A stretch of DNA of 64,000 nt from the IMG/VR virus record IMGVR_UViG_3300023081_000010; one strand, written 5' to 3'. Of the stretch, positions 1-9,633 are shown in pieces. A program made the position numbers and the translations under genes. The stretch comes from an uncultured virus (IMG/VR IMGVR_UViG_3300023081_000010) (lineage: Duplodnaviria; Heunggongvirae; Uroviricota; Caudoviricetes). The notes under the pieces are model-generated. The model did no database searches, was not told where the DNA came from, and worked only from the letters and a program-made list of their open reading frames with translations. Every line of letters starts with the position of its first letter. The first letter of the stretch is position 1.

Positions 1-1614
1 CCTGAACAGTTGCAAAAGATGTTTCAAATGGAAAAAGGAATGGCTGATGCACAATTTATGGGGCAAAACATTTCAGCAAATACTTCAAGTGCTTCGGCCT
101 GGACAGGTGACGCTCCTGAACTAGGAACAACAACACTACCAGATGGTGCAGAAATAAAAGTAGGCGATCAATTTAAATCAACAGTTAGCACAAGCGTAGG
201 AGGCATTGAACCGCCAATTTCGTTTACAAGTTCAGTTACAGTTGAAGGTGTTGATGCTAATGGTGATCCAGTATTTGCAGTACAAGAAGTCACTACTCAA
301 CCAACTCATCCAGTATGGGATGCCATCGATAAAGCAAACTTATCAGACGAAGACACTGAAAAATTATTTCAGTTTATGAATGAATATACTGGAGTATCTG
401 CTGATTCCAAAGCGGGCATTAGTGTAGTAGTTGATACATTCAAACAGGACCTTGCTAAATCAATCGGTGCAGCAGCAACAGCAGTTGCAATGAGTGCAGC
501 AATGCAAGATAAAAAGGTCGTTGGTGCTGGAGAAGCACCTGCAAAAGCAGGTGAACCTCAAATGGCAAGCCGTGTTTACACAGGACGTAAACTTTCTGAA
601 GGACAGGTCTACTTGTTGTTCAACAAGATTGCAACAGTAAATGATCATATGCTTGAAAACAAATTAATGTATGAAAGTGTATTTGATGCTGTAAGACATC
701 AACAACTAGACGAACTCACAGGCGGAGTTAAAGGTGCATTACAGGGTTTAGGCAGAGGAGTAGCCAAAGGTGCAGCAGCAGTAGGCGGTGCGTTGAAAGG
801 TGCAGGCAAGCAACTTACAAATAAAGTAACAGCAGAAAAACTATTGTCTGCTTGGAAAAAAGCAGGATCGCCTACAGATTCAGATGAAGTTTATGATGTA
901 ATTAAAAGTCTAGGTGTTAATGACGATGTTATCAAAGGCACATACGACTCAATGAAAATTGAACCACCTAAAGTAGACGCACCAGATGCTGACGCTGACT
1001 CAGATGCTGAAAAAACAGATACCACAGCAGGTGCTCCAACAGATGCTACCGCAGGTGATGCAGGCGGCGATGCCGCAGTACCAGGTGCAGATGAACCTGC
1101 ACAGGATAACACAGCAACCGGAACAGATGCAGCAGCTAATCAAGATGACAATGTTGCTGATCCTGAAAAAGCAACAGCAGGTGCAGAAGGAAATCCAAAC
1201 CCAGCAGTTAAACCAGGAACTAAAGTTGTTGTTAAAACACGAAAAGGAAAAGAAATTCCTGCAACAACTACATCAGGCAGTATTGGAAAATACGATGCTG
1301 ACAAATATGTAGAAGTTGATCCAGATGGACCAGGTGGTAATTTCCCTGCTCAGGTAGCAAACATGACTACACCTGACGGCAAACCTGTTCCTAGTACACG
1401 ATCAGGAAGCCCAGATCAATCAGCAGAAAAAAATATAGCCGCAACAGGTAATCCAGTAGGCGCACCAGATAATGCACAGCAAGGTGGATCGAATGCAGCA
1501 ACCGCTGCCGCAGGTGCTGCTGTTGGCGCTGTAGATTTACAAAAGATTGCTGATCAAATTAAAAAACTAGGACCTGAAGGAATTGAAAGTGCTAAGAAAT
1601 TGTTAGCTGCCTAG
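1..1614 (+). CDS. Hypothetical protein, 5'-truncated by the window edge; acidic Ala/Asp/Pro/Gly-rich C-terminal half, possibly head-associated
   Basis: Frame is open from base 1 (CCT GAA CAG TTG), so the start lies upstream; low-complexity tail; LSE/LDE motifs resemble T4-type prohead protease sites. Confidence 0.6.
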   Translation, partial: PEQLQKMFQMEKGMADAQFMGQNISANTSSASAWTGDAPELGTTTLPDGAEIKVGDQFKSTVSTSVGGIEPPISFTSSVTVEGVDANGDPVFAVQEVTTQPTHPVWDAIDKANLSDEDTEKLFQFMNEYTGVSADSKAGISVVVDTFKQDLAKSIGAAATAVAMSAAMQDKKVVGAGEAPAKAGEPQMASRVYTGRKLSEGQVYLLFNKIATVNDHMLENKLMYESVFDAVRHQQLDELTGGVKGALQGLGRGVAKGAAAVGGALKGAGKQLTNKVTAEKLLSAWKKAGSPTDSDEVYDVIKSLGVNDDVIKGTYDSMKIEPPKVDAPDADADSDAEKTDTTAGAPTDATAGDAGGDAAVPGADEPAQDNTATGTDAAANQDDNVADPEKATAGAEGNPNPAVKPGTKVVVKTRKGKEIPATTTSGSIGKYDADKYVEVDPDGPGGNFPAQVANMTTPDGKPVPSTRSGSPDQSAEKNIAATGNPVGAPDNAQQGGSNAATAAAGAAVGAVDLQKIADQIKKLGPEGIESAKKLLAA

Positions 1615-1814
1615 AAGAAAGGCAGCCCGGTTCTTTTAGTTGTTTCAAGATTATCTTTAATTAACTCACCGATAAGTTCACGTTCTTCGTGACCCAACAT
1701 CACAGCATCAGTATAAGACATACCTCTCATGTACCAACAGATACGAAGTAGGTCTTTTTTCATGTCCCTTGCCTGTTTGTCTATCTTCTTGACTTCTTGC
1801 AAGATCTCCGGCAA
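1611..1814 (-). CDS. T4 gp51-like baseplate hub/tail assembly factor; probably made as the -1 frameshift extension of the upstream ORF
   Basis: Small ORF directly after a gp26-like gene; TTG start with no RBS; frame stays open back to the slippery heptamer at 1844-1838. Confidence 0.6.
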   Translation of the reverse strand: MPEILQEVKKIDKQARDMKKDLLRICWYMRGMSYTDAVMLGHEERELIGELIKDNLETTKRTGLPFF

Positions 1815-1822
1815 AGGTTTGG

Positions 1823-2728
1823 TTAAGATCTTGCGACGAAAAAATCCGCTTGATCCATTGTGATACCAACGTCAAATACGTTTTCACAATTTGAACACTT
1901 TGCGCCTTTTAACGTCAGTGCAAGATCATCTTTCACCGAAGTTAATTTTTCATTAAGTGCATCAAACATTTCTTTTGGACCTTGAGTAATAAATTTTTCA
2001 ATTTCATCTCTATTCTCTTCAGATCCATGTGGTGTATCAATTTTTCTAACCAATTTTACAATACCATCTACTGTAAATTTTGTTAACTTTGTAAACGATA
2101 CTCCGAATTGATCTAACTTTTCTTCATCAGTAAGTTCTGTACTGTTTACAATATTCCAGATCTTTTCTTGTTCTATTTTCATTAGTCCCGCTTTTGTTAC
2201 TTGTCTGTAACTCAGTGGTTCAATATGAAAAACCAATTCACCGTGTTGAATAACTGTTGGATAGCGATAGTTGGCTACTGTTCCTAACCAGTCTGCTAGA
2301 TCTTTTTCAAAACGTAGTTCTTCGTTACATTTTGGACAATTAGTATCAATATCCATCTTTTCGCCATATGTTGCTACTCTAATAGCAACAAGACAAGCAT
2401 CAAGATCGAGTGATGGTAAATTCCATGCATTTTTAATTGCAGGAATACAACTTTGAATAACATCAACAGTTGATTGTCCATTCATTAATGCGTCTGGCGT
2501 CTTTAGCATTAATTCGTCTTTTGCTGTCATTGAATACACAGCATATTTTCCATCTTCACTTTTATCAAGACTACCTTCTGGATAGAATTCACCGTTGCTA
2601 GGCAATGAAACATAAATCTTAGGCTGTCTATAATAATTGGAAAGCGGACTAGCTTTAGGCTGAGTATTTGCCATAGGCTGTGTGTTTCCAGCTATTTCAA
2701 CCTTTGGTAGTTCCAAATTTTCTTCCAT
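1823..2728 (-). CDS. T4 gp26-like baseplate hub subunit / tail assembly chaperone
   Basis: LPS-G..Y, MTAKDEL, IR.ATYGE motifs; two CxxC pairs (CPKC, CSNC); ends DFFVARS; RBS GGAG; divergent from the tape measure gene. Confidence 0.8.
   Translation of the reverse strand: MEENLELPKVEIAGNTQPMANTQPKASPLSNYYRQPKIYVSLPSNGEFYPEGSLDKSEDGKYAVYSMTAKDELMLKTPDALMNGQSTVDVIQSCIPAIKNAWNLPSLDLDACLVAIRVATYGEKMDIDTNCPKCNEELRFEKDLADWLGTVANYRYPTVIQHGELVFHIEPLSYRQVTKAGLMKIEQEKIWNIVNSTELTDEEKLDQFGVSFTKLTKFTVDGIVKLVRKIDTPHGSEENRDEIEKFITQGPKEMFDALNEKLTSVKDDLALTLKGAKCSNCENVFDVGITMDQADFFVARS
1838..1844 (-). promoter_or_regulatory. Candidate -1 programmed ribosomal frameshift heptamer T TTT TTC
   Basis: 0-frame GAT TTT TTC GTC; the -1 frame reads RRKILTKP directly into the 1814..1611 ORF. 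Confidence 0.65.
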
Positions 2729-2740
2729 TTTTATCTCCGA

Positions 2741-2778
2741 TAAATAATAATTATAAAAGCAATTGCTATGAGTATTTA
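2741..2778. promoter_or_regulatory. Overlapping divergent late promoters (TAAATA at 2741-2746 on +, 2778-2773 on -)
   Basis: TAAATA core of the T4 gp55-dependent late promoter on both strands of the 79-bp divergent gap. Confidence 0.6.
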
Positions 2779-2807
2779 TGTGCGTATATTTCTGGGATTT
2801 AAAATAA

Positions 2808-5429
2808 ATGGCTGAAGTAACAGGACAACTGGGCGATCAAGAGATTCTGCTTAATAATGCCGCGACTGAAATTACGCTGCAAAAGATTTTATCGGCTTTA
2901 TCAGCGAAACAAGGCGGTATAGATCCAGCTACTGCGGCAGCAGTGACCGGTCTAGGCGCTGCTTCAATTGCTGCTACTAAATCAAATCAACAATTTGGTA
3001 AAACAACCAAAAGATCTGGTGCAGATGTAGCTAATTTAGGTTCCGCAGCTAGTAAAACTGCCAAGAATTTGAATGGCGGTTTTGCAGGCGCTATTACAAA
3101 AACCATTGGCGTATTAGGTGGTCTAGCCGACGGTGCTATCAATGTTGTTAAACGTATTTCTACTGTTAACAGCACCTTAGCAGGTTTAGATGGTTCGCTA
3201 GCCGGTGCCGGAACTGCACTAGATACAGTCGGAGCGCAAATCCCTGGTATTGGAAAAGGACTACAAGTAGTTGCTGCGGCATTTGGTCCTACACTTGCTT
3301 CATTAGATAAAACAAGAACAGCATTCCAAGAAGCTGCACAAGTTGGTGCTAACTTCGGCGGCAACATGAATGGAGTTGTCCAGGCTGCTGGATCTATGGG
3401 CTTACAAATGAGTGAGCTCACAGGAATAATGAAGGGCAACGGCGAAGCATTAATGTTCTTGGGCGGCAGCACAGATGCTGGTGCTAAACGATTACAGGAA
3501 TTTGGTAAAGAATTTAGAAAGACTTCTGCGTTTGAGGATCTAAACAGATTAGGTTATGGAACACAGCAGATCAACGAAGGTTTCTTAAAATACTCACAAC
3601 TACTTGCTAAAGGTGGTAGACTACAAGGACAAACAGATGCACAACTACGTGCAGGCACATACGAATACTTAAAGAACTTAGATGCTGTATCTAAGTTAAC
3701 AGGTAAAACCAAAGAAGCACTTCAAGCAGAACAAGACGCAAGAATGGCAGATGCTCAATATCGTACGATGTTGAGAAGCCTAGATGCTGATGGTCAGAAA
3801 CAGCTAGAACTGTTGATGCAGACCATTCCAAAACAGCACCAACAAGGTCTTAAAGAAATTCTAGCAACAGGTACTGCAACTTCTGAAGAAGGTATGAAGG
3901 CTATGGCTTTCCTACAGAAATCAGGAATGAGTGCTCAACAGTTGCATCAACAGATGTCAGCAACAGGAACACTTACCAAAGATCAAGTGTTTAAGTTTAA
4001 TGAAGTATATCAAAACGAAGCCAAAGCAGTTGCAGACAGTCCACTATTTAAAACACTAGGTAAGTTTGTTCCTGAATTTAATGATTTGGTTACAGGTGTT
4101 TATGATGTTGCTGAACGAGAAAAATCAATTGGTCAAATCTACGAAGAGCTTGAAACTAATCTTAAAACAATCAAAGATAATATCAAGTCAGGCACCGCTG
4201 GCACTGAATTTGTAGATGCAGCGACAGTAGAAGCAGTAAGAAACAAATTCAACGAAGCTGCTGCATTTATGACATCTGAGTTGAATAAGATTGATATTAC
4301 TCCAGTCAATGATGCATTTGATCTAGTAATGAAGGCTGCAAAAGAGTTTTCACTTCCTATGCAGCAAAAGGCAGGCGAATATGCTACTGAAATGGGACTA
4401 GCTATAGCTGCTATAGGTGGAGTAACTACAGCACTAGGCGCTTTAATGACTGCCTTAACTTTGGCAAAAAGCGGCCTAGGCGCATTTACAGGTTCGAATA
4501 GAGGAGGACCAGGCGGCAACGGTTCTTGGACCAACCAAAAGACACCATCAGGCGCAAAGCCTGGAATGATGGGCAAACTATCATCTTGGGGTGGAAAACT
4601 ATTAAGAGTTGCCGGAAAAGCAGCAGCACCAGTAGCAGTAGGTATGTCTTTATATGACGGATATTCGAGATACAGTGATGCTGATGAAAAACTAGCATCG
4701 GGTGAAATAACTCAAAATCAAGCTACTGTCGAAAAAACAAAAGCAGTAACAAGCACTACCGGCGGATTAACCGGTATGGCAACTGGCGCAATGGCAGGAG
4801 CCGCAATTGGTTCTGCTGTTCCAATTGTTGGAACAGCGATTGGCGGTCTCATAGGTGGTGCAATTGGTTGGTGGGCCGGCTCAAAAGCTGGTGATGCTGT
4901 AGGTGAAGTAATTGGAGAAAAACTTTCAGGTCCTGATACTATTAGAGATCTAGAAGCCAAAGCAGAGAAACTACAACAGGCAATTGCAGATAATAGTTTT
5001 TCTTCGGTTGGTTGGTCAGCAGAAGATGAAAAACAAGAACTAGCCCAAATACAACAACAGCTCATGGCTGCTAGACAACAGGCTTCTCAGCAAATGATTG
5101 CTGACGGAACAGTAACAGAACAAGAAGTACAGGATTTCCAAACCAAAGTAGCAGAAGTTAACGGCGGAGGAGGTTACAGCCAAGGTAATATAACCACTGC
5201 GTCCAATACGCTTCCAGACGCTGCCAAAACTGAAGAAGAATTGGCAACTGGTGTTCCAATGACAGAAGAAGCCCAAATGGCAGCAGCCACAAATGTAGAG
5301 AAAGATCCTATTCTAGAATTAAATAGTAGCATACAAGAATTAGTAGCTTTGGCAAGAATGAATAATAAACTACAACAGCAACATATTAATGTAACTGGCG
5401 GATTAAGTCAAGACGCATTTGTTGTTTAA
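2808..5429 (+). CDS. Tail tape measure protein
   Basis: 873 aa, Ala/Gly/Gln-rich helical composition, glycine-zipper hydrophobic segment (GAMAGAAIGSAVPIVGTAIGGLIGG), next to the chaperone-like pair. Confidence 0.75.
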   Translation: MAEVTGQLGDQEILLNNAATEITLQKILSALSAKQGGIDPATAAAVTGLGAASIAATKSNQQFGKTTKRSGADVANLGSAASKTAKNLNGGFAGAITKTIGVLGGLADGAINVVKRISTVNSTLAGLDGSLAGAGTALDTVGAQIPGIGKGLQVVAAAFGPTLASLDKTRTAFQEAAQVGANFGGNMNGVVQAAGSMGLQMSELTGIMKGNGEALMFLGGSTDAGAKRLQEFGKEFRKTSAFEDLNRLGYGTQQINEGFLKYSQLLAKGGRLQGQTDAQLRAGTYEYLKNLDAVSKLTGKTKEALQAEQDARMADAQYRTMLRSLDADGQKQLELLMQTIPKQHQQGLKEILATGTATSEEGMKAMAFLQKSGMSAQQLHQQMSATGTLTKDQVFKFNEVYQNEAKAVADSPLFKTLGKFVPEFNDLVTGVYDVAEREKSIGQIYEELETNLKTIKDNIKSGTAGTEFVDAATVEAVRNKFNEAAAFMTSELNKIDITPVNDAFDLVMKAAKEFSLPMQQKAGEYATEMGLAIAAIGGVTTALGALMTALTLAKSGLGAFTGSNRGGPGGNGSWTNQKTPSGAKPGMMGKLSSWGGKLLRVAGKAAAPVAVGMSLYDGYSRYSDADEKLASGEITQNQATVEKTKAVTSTTGGLTGMATGAMAGAAIGSAVPIVGTAIGGLIGGAIGWWAGSKAGDAVGEVIGEKLSGPDTIRDLEAKAEKLQQAIADNSFSSVGWSAEDEKQELAQIQQQLMAARQQASQQMIADGTVTEQEVQDFQTKVAEVNGGGGYSQGNITTASNTLPDAAKTEEELATGVPMTEEAQMAAATNVEKDPILELNSSIQELVALARMNNKLQQQHINVTGGLSQDAFVV

Positions 5430-5441
5430 TTAGGAAAAAGA

Positions 5442-7151
5442 ATGAGCTGGAAAAAATATTTTACACCTGTAAACATTGATAACAAGAGTGGTAGTTATAG
5501 CCCAATTAGTGGCGGCGGCCGCGCTGGTCCTGCTCGTGCTAACTACTCATCTTTCTTGCCCGATGTTTATGCAGGTGCGCCAAATAGAATTGAAAGATAT
5601 ATGCAGTATGATACCATGGATATGGATTCAGAAGTTAATGCTGCTCTTGATATTCTTGCTGAATTTTGTACAGGTAAAGACAAAGAAAATTCAACACCAT
5701 TTAATTTTAAATTTAGAAAACAACCTACAGGTGTTGAAACAAAATTATTAAAAGACGCATTACAAAAATGGTCTAAGCAACAACAGTTTGAAACTAGAAT
5801 TTTTAGAGTAGTAAGGAACACATTTAAATATGGCGATTGTTTTTTCATTCGTGATCCAGAAACTAAGAAATTGTTATATGTGGATCAAGCAAAAGTCTCC
5901 AAAATTATTGTTAACGAATCCGAAGGAAAGATTCCCGAGCAGTATGTTATAAAAGACATTAATTTTAATTTTAAAAATCTAGTTGCTACCACACCACACG
6001 GTACGTCAAACACTTCTCCAAGTGGAACCAGCTCATACACAACTGGAGGAGGGTTTGGTCGTGGCTTTGTAGGATCAGCAGCACAAACACCAGGCACACG
6101 TTTCCATAATGCACAAAATGAAATTACAGTAGACGCTGAACACGTGATGCACATTTCACTATCAGAAGGATTGGATAACAATTATCCTTTTGGTAATTCA
6201 CTATTAGAAAGTGTGTTCAAAGTTTACAAACAAAAAGAATTACTTGAAGATGCGATTATTATCTATCGTATTCAACGTGCTCCAGAAAGAAGAATTTTTT
6301 ATGTAGACGTTGGTAATATGCCTTCACACATGGCAATGAGCTTTGTTGAAAAAGTTAAGAATGAAATCCAACAAAGACGTATTCCGTCACAAACAGGCGG
6401 TAGCACAAATGTTATTGATGCAAGTTATAATCCACTATCAACCAACGAAGATTACTTCTTTCCACAAACAGCAGAAGGACGTGGATCTAAAGTTGAAACA
6501 TTACCAGGTGGTACTAACCTAGGTGAAATTACAGATTTAAAATACTTTACTAATAAATTGTTCCGTGCATTGAGAATTCCGGCTTCTTATTTGCCAACTT
6601 CAATTGACGAACAACCTAACACAGTAGCAGACGGTAAAGTAGGAACAGCATATATTCAAGAGCTTCGTTTTAACAAATATTGTGAAAGACTACAAAGCAG
6701 TATTGTAGAAGCATTTGATGTAGAATTTAAATTTTGGTTAAGCAATCAAGGTTATAACATTGATCCTACACTGTTTGATTTGAAATTCCAAACACCACAA
6801 AACTTTGCTGCATACAGACAAGCTGAGCTTGATACTACAAGAGCAAATCTATTTGGTACATTACAACAAGTTCCACACTTATCAAAACGTTTTGCTATGA
6901 AACGTTACTTAGGTTTAACTGAAGAAGAAATCAAAGAAAATGAAAGACTGTGGAAAGAAGAAAATTCACTAATGCTTCAACCACCGGCTGATGCTGGAGG
7001 AGAGCTAAGAACTGCTGGTATTACACCAGCGGGTATGGAAGCAGAAGCAGGAGCGCAAACTGATGCTGAAGCAACACCAGATCAAGCGGCTGCTGCTGAA
7101 CCTGCAGGCGGAGAGGGAGCTGCGGCAGGTAGTGAAACTGTCTCGCAGTAA
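5442..7151 (+). CDS. gp20: Portal protein (T4 gp20-like)
   Basis: LLEDAIIIYRIQRAPERRIFYVDVGNMP, EDYFFP..EGRGSKVETLPGG and ELRFNKY motifs. Confidence 0.97.
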   Translation: MSWKKYFTPVNIDNKSGSYSPISGGGRAGPARANYSSFLPDVYAGAPNRIERYMQYDTMDMDSEVNAALDILAEFCTGKDKENSTPFNFKFRKQPTGVETKLLKDALQKWSKQQQFETRIFRVVRNTFKYGDCFFIRDPETKKLLYVDQAKVSKIIVNESEGKIPEQYVIKDINFNFKNLVATTPHGTSNTSPSGTSSYTTGGGFGRGFVGSAAQTPGTRFHNAQNEITVDAEHVMHISLSEGLDNNYPFGNSLLESVFKVYKQKELLEDAIIIYRIQRAPERRIFYVDVGNMPSHMAMSFVEKVKNEIQQRRIPSQTGGSTNVIDASYNPLSTNEDYFFPQTAEGRGSKVETLPGGTNLGEITDLKYFTNKLFRALRIPASYLPTSIDEQPNTVADGKVGTAYIQELRFNKYCERLQSSIVEAFDVEFKFWLSNQGYNIDPTLFDLKFQTPQNFAAYRQAELDTTRANLFGTLQQVPHLSKRFAMKRYLGLTEEEIKENERLWKEENSLMLQPPADAGGELRTAGITPAGMEAEAGAQTDAEATPDQAAAAEPAGGEGAAAGSETVSQ

Positions 7152-7157
7152 TAAATA
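7152..7157 (+). promoter_or_regulatory. Late promoter TAAATA, 5 nt before ATG (leaderless)
   Basis: TAAATA-GTAGT-ATG, no RBS. Confidence 0.65.
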
Positions 7158-7162
7158 GTAGT

Positions 7163-7402
7163 ATGCTTTTAAGAGAATTTTTATACTTCAACGATTCAAT
7201 CAATGACTTTGCTGTCGACAAAAGATACGACAACAGCAAAGACACGTCTGTTCTTAAAGCGTCAGATACTAGAAAAATCAGGCTTACACTTCGCCAAATA
7301 AACGAAATCAGAATGGCTGCTGAAGCACATACAGCAGAAAAACAATCTGAACTAGAATTTATAAGGCAAATGTATGCAACCCCAGCAGAACCAGCAGAAT
7401 AA
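7163..7402 (+). CDS. Small hypothetical head-region protein
   Basis: 79 aa after the portal gene; N-terminus MLLREF; own late promoter. Confidence 0.75.
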   Translation: MLLREFLYFNDSINDFAVDKRYDNSKDTSVLKASDTRKIRLTLRQINEIRMAAEAHTAEKQSELEFIRQMYATPAEPAE

Positions 7403-8033
7403 GAAAATCTATAAGCGTCCCGCATTTGTACTAGGTAATGGTAAAAGTCGACAAAAAGTCGATATGAAAAAGTTACTTGAGTACGGAATTGTGTACGGAT
7501 GTAATGCACAATATAGAGAATTTGATCCTAACTTTTTAGTAGCAGTAGATGTTAAAATGGTTAATGAAATCATTGATTCAGGCTATCATCACAAGGGTAC
7601 ATTATGGACAAACCCTAACAAAGGCATTAAAACAAAGTCAAGAATTAACTTTTTTAGCCCACATAAAGGATGGTCAAGTGGACCTACTGCACTATGGTTT
7701 GCCGCACAAAATGGGCATAAAGAGATATATATTCATGGGTTCGATTACAAAGGACTTGACGGAAAATTTAATAATGTGTATGCAAATACATTCAATTATA
7801 AAAAAAGTGTAGACTCAGCTACGTTTTTTGGTAATTGGTTGTCGCAAACAGAAAAGGTAATAAAAGAATTTAAGTCTATTAAATTTTATAGAGTTATTGA
7901 ACCAGGAGGATTTATACCTGACAAATTAGGGCCGCAATATACCAATTTAAGGCATATTTCGCATGAAGATTTCGAAAATACCTTCGGAGGGACTATATAT
8001 CATCTTCAAACGGCTCAAAATATGCACATTTAA
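7374..8033 (+). CDS. Maf/DUF115- or GT42 (CstII)-like putative glycosyltransferase-fold protein
   Basis: VLGNGKS, YGCN, WSSG.TALW.A, GHKEIYIHGFDY resemble the CstII/Maf motif order; start codon uncertain. Confidence 0.55.
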   Translation: MQPQQNQQNKKIYKRPAFVLGNGKSRQKVDMKKLLEYGIVYGCNAQYREFDPNFLVAVDVKMVNEIIDSGYHHKGTLWTNPNKGIKTKSRINFFSPHKGWSSGPTALWFAAQNGHKEIYIHGFDYKGLDGKFNNVYANTFNYKKSVDSATFFGNWLSQTEKVIKEFKSIKFYRVIEPGGFIPDKLGPQYTNLRHISHEDFENTFGGTIYHLQTAQNMHI

Positions 8034-8055
8034 CCAGCTTTTTATAAATGTTATG

Positions 8056-8061
8056 TAAATA
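8056..8061 (+). promoter_or_regulatory. Late promoter TAAATA for the head operon
   Basis: TAAATA in the intergenic gap, followed by RBS AGGAG and ATG 8100. Confidence 0.6.
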
Positions 8062-8099
8062 CATAACAAAACAGCCTTACCAATCTATAGGAGAACAAA

Positions 8100-8978
8100 A
8101 TGGCAGATAAATCACAATTAGAACAGATGCTTGAGCATCTAGTTAACGACGATCAAGCAAAAGCCGAAGAGCTTTTTCATGAGTACGTTGTAGGAAAATC
8201 AAGAGAAATTTATGAAAACCTTATCCAGGAAGAAATGACTGACGATGAGGAAGTAGACGAAGCTGCAAAAGACGAAGATGCTGAAGACAAAGAAGTTGAT
8301 GAAGCATCAAAAGACGACGATGCAGAAGAAGACAAAGTTGACGAAGCATCAGAAGATGATGACGAAGACAAAGTTGACGAAGAATTTGAAGAAGTAGCTG
8401 TAGAAGCTGATGACGAAGAAGATCCAGCTGACGACATGGATATGGGCGGAGACGCAACAGACGATCTAGAAGCTGATATCACAGGTGATGACGAAGAAGG
8501 CGACAAAGAGCCAGAAGAGTTATTCCAAGATCTAGACTCTATTGTTGACGAACTACAAGCTAAATTTGATGAAATTAAAGGTGGAGACGAAGGCGACGAA
8601 GGCGAAGCAGGCGATGAAGAAGCTGAAGAAGAATCTTTAGAGCCAGTTGCTGACGAAATTGCTCCAGAAGTAGACGAACTTGCAACAATGCGTGAGTACG
8701 TTGAAAAAGTAGCGGGTGTAAAAAGCACAGAATCAGGCGCTGACACAAAATCACCAGTAGCAGGTAAAAATGATATGGGTGGTACAGCAGCAAACATTCT
8801 CGGAAGCAAAGGCGAAGAGAAAGGTGGAACTGGCGCAAAAGCACCTAAAGTTGATGACTTTGGTAATGTAAACACACCAGGTTCTAAAAACGCTACTAAA
8901 ATGAGCAAAGAAAGTGGTGCAGCAAACAAAGAAAGCGGCGCTGGCAACACCGATTCAATTTTCCGTGGTCGTAGATAA
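8100..8978 (+). CDS. Highly acidic prohead core/scaffold-type protein (gp67/gp68-like position)
   Basis: Asp/Glu-rich with repeated VDEA units; lies between portal and prohead protease. Confidence 0.7.
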   Translation: MADKSQLEQMLEHLVNDDQAKAEELFHEYVVGKSREIYENLIQEEMTDDEEVDEAAKDEDAEDKEVDEASKDDDAEEDKVDEASEDDDEDKVDEEFEEVAVEADDEEDPADDMDMGGDATDDLEADITGDDEEGDKEPEELFQDLDSIVDELQAKFDEIKGGDEGDEGEAGDEEAEEESLEPVADEIAPEVDELATMREYVEKVAGVKSTESGADTKSPVAGKNDMGGTAANILGSKGEEKGGTGAKAPKVDDFGNVNTPGSKNATKMSKESGAANKESGAGNTDSIFRGRR

Positions 8979-8993
8979 TAGGGGATAATAAGG

Positions 8994-9620
8994 TTGAAAA
9001 CTAGCTTAACAGAACATCTGAGCTTCGATCAGGCTAAAATCGTACTTGAGCGTGATGAAGGCGAAGGTAAGTCATTACACTTGAGTGGCATCTGTATTCA
9101 GGGTGACATTCGTAATGCTAACCAACGTGTTTATTCTTCTAAGGAAATTGATAGGGCTGTCAAGACGCTCAACGAACAGATTTCTGGGGGGTATTCAGTG
9201 CTAGGCGAAGTTGATCATCCTCAAGATTTAAAAATAAACCTCGACCGTGTATCACACATGATTACTAAAATGTGGATGGACGGTCCTAACGGCTACGGAA
9301 AACTTAAAATGTTGCCTACACCTATGGGACAACTGATTGAAACTATGTTGACATCAGGAGTTAAATTAGGTGTAAGCAGTAGAGGTTCAGGAGAGGTAGA
9401 CCCGAGCGGTAACGTTCAAGGATTTGAAATTGTTACAGTGGACATTGTAGCCCAACCAAGTGCTCCGGGAGCTTATCCTACACCAGTTTATGAACACCTA
9501 ATGAATACAAATGGTGGATTTCAGGCATATAAAGTTGCACAAGAAGTAAAAGGCGACGCACAGGCACAACGATATATAGCAGAGAGCTTGAAGAAAATAA
9601 TTCAAGGTCTAAAATCTTAA
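8994..9620 (+). CDS. gp21: Prohead core protease (T4 gp21-like)
   Basis: RNANQRVY, LGEVDHP, LDRVSH, LGVSSRGSG, VDIVAQPSAP motifs; TTG start. Confidence 0.95.
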   Translation: MKTSLTEHLSFDQAKIVLERDEGEGKSLHLSGICIQGDIRNANQRVYSSKEIDRAVKTLNEQISGGYSVLGEVDHPQDLKINLDRVSHMITKMWMDGPNGYGKLKMLPTPMGQLIETMLTSGVKLGVSSRGSGEVDPSGNVQGFEIVTVDIVAQPSAPGAYPTPVYEHLMNTNGGFQAYKVAQEVKGDAQAQRYIAESLKKIIQGLKS

Positions 9621-9633
9621 GGAGAATCACAAA

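Noticed and set aside
8210..8950. 246-aa Ser-rich minus-strand ORF and many similar antisense or alternate-frame ORFs (e.g. 891-1112, 2987-3472, 4139-4576, 23140-23757, 29517-29882)
   Set aside because: They are shadows of strongly biased plus-strand genes; no RBS or promoter and no recognisable motifs
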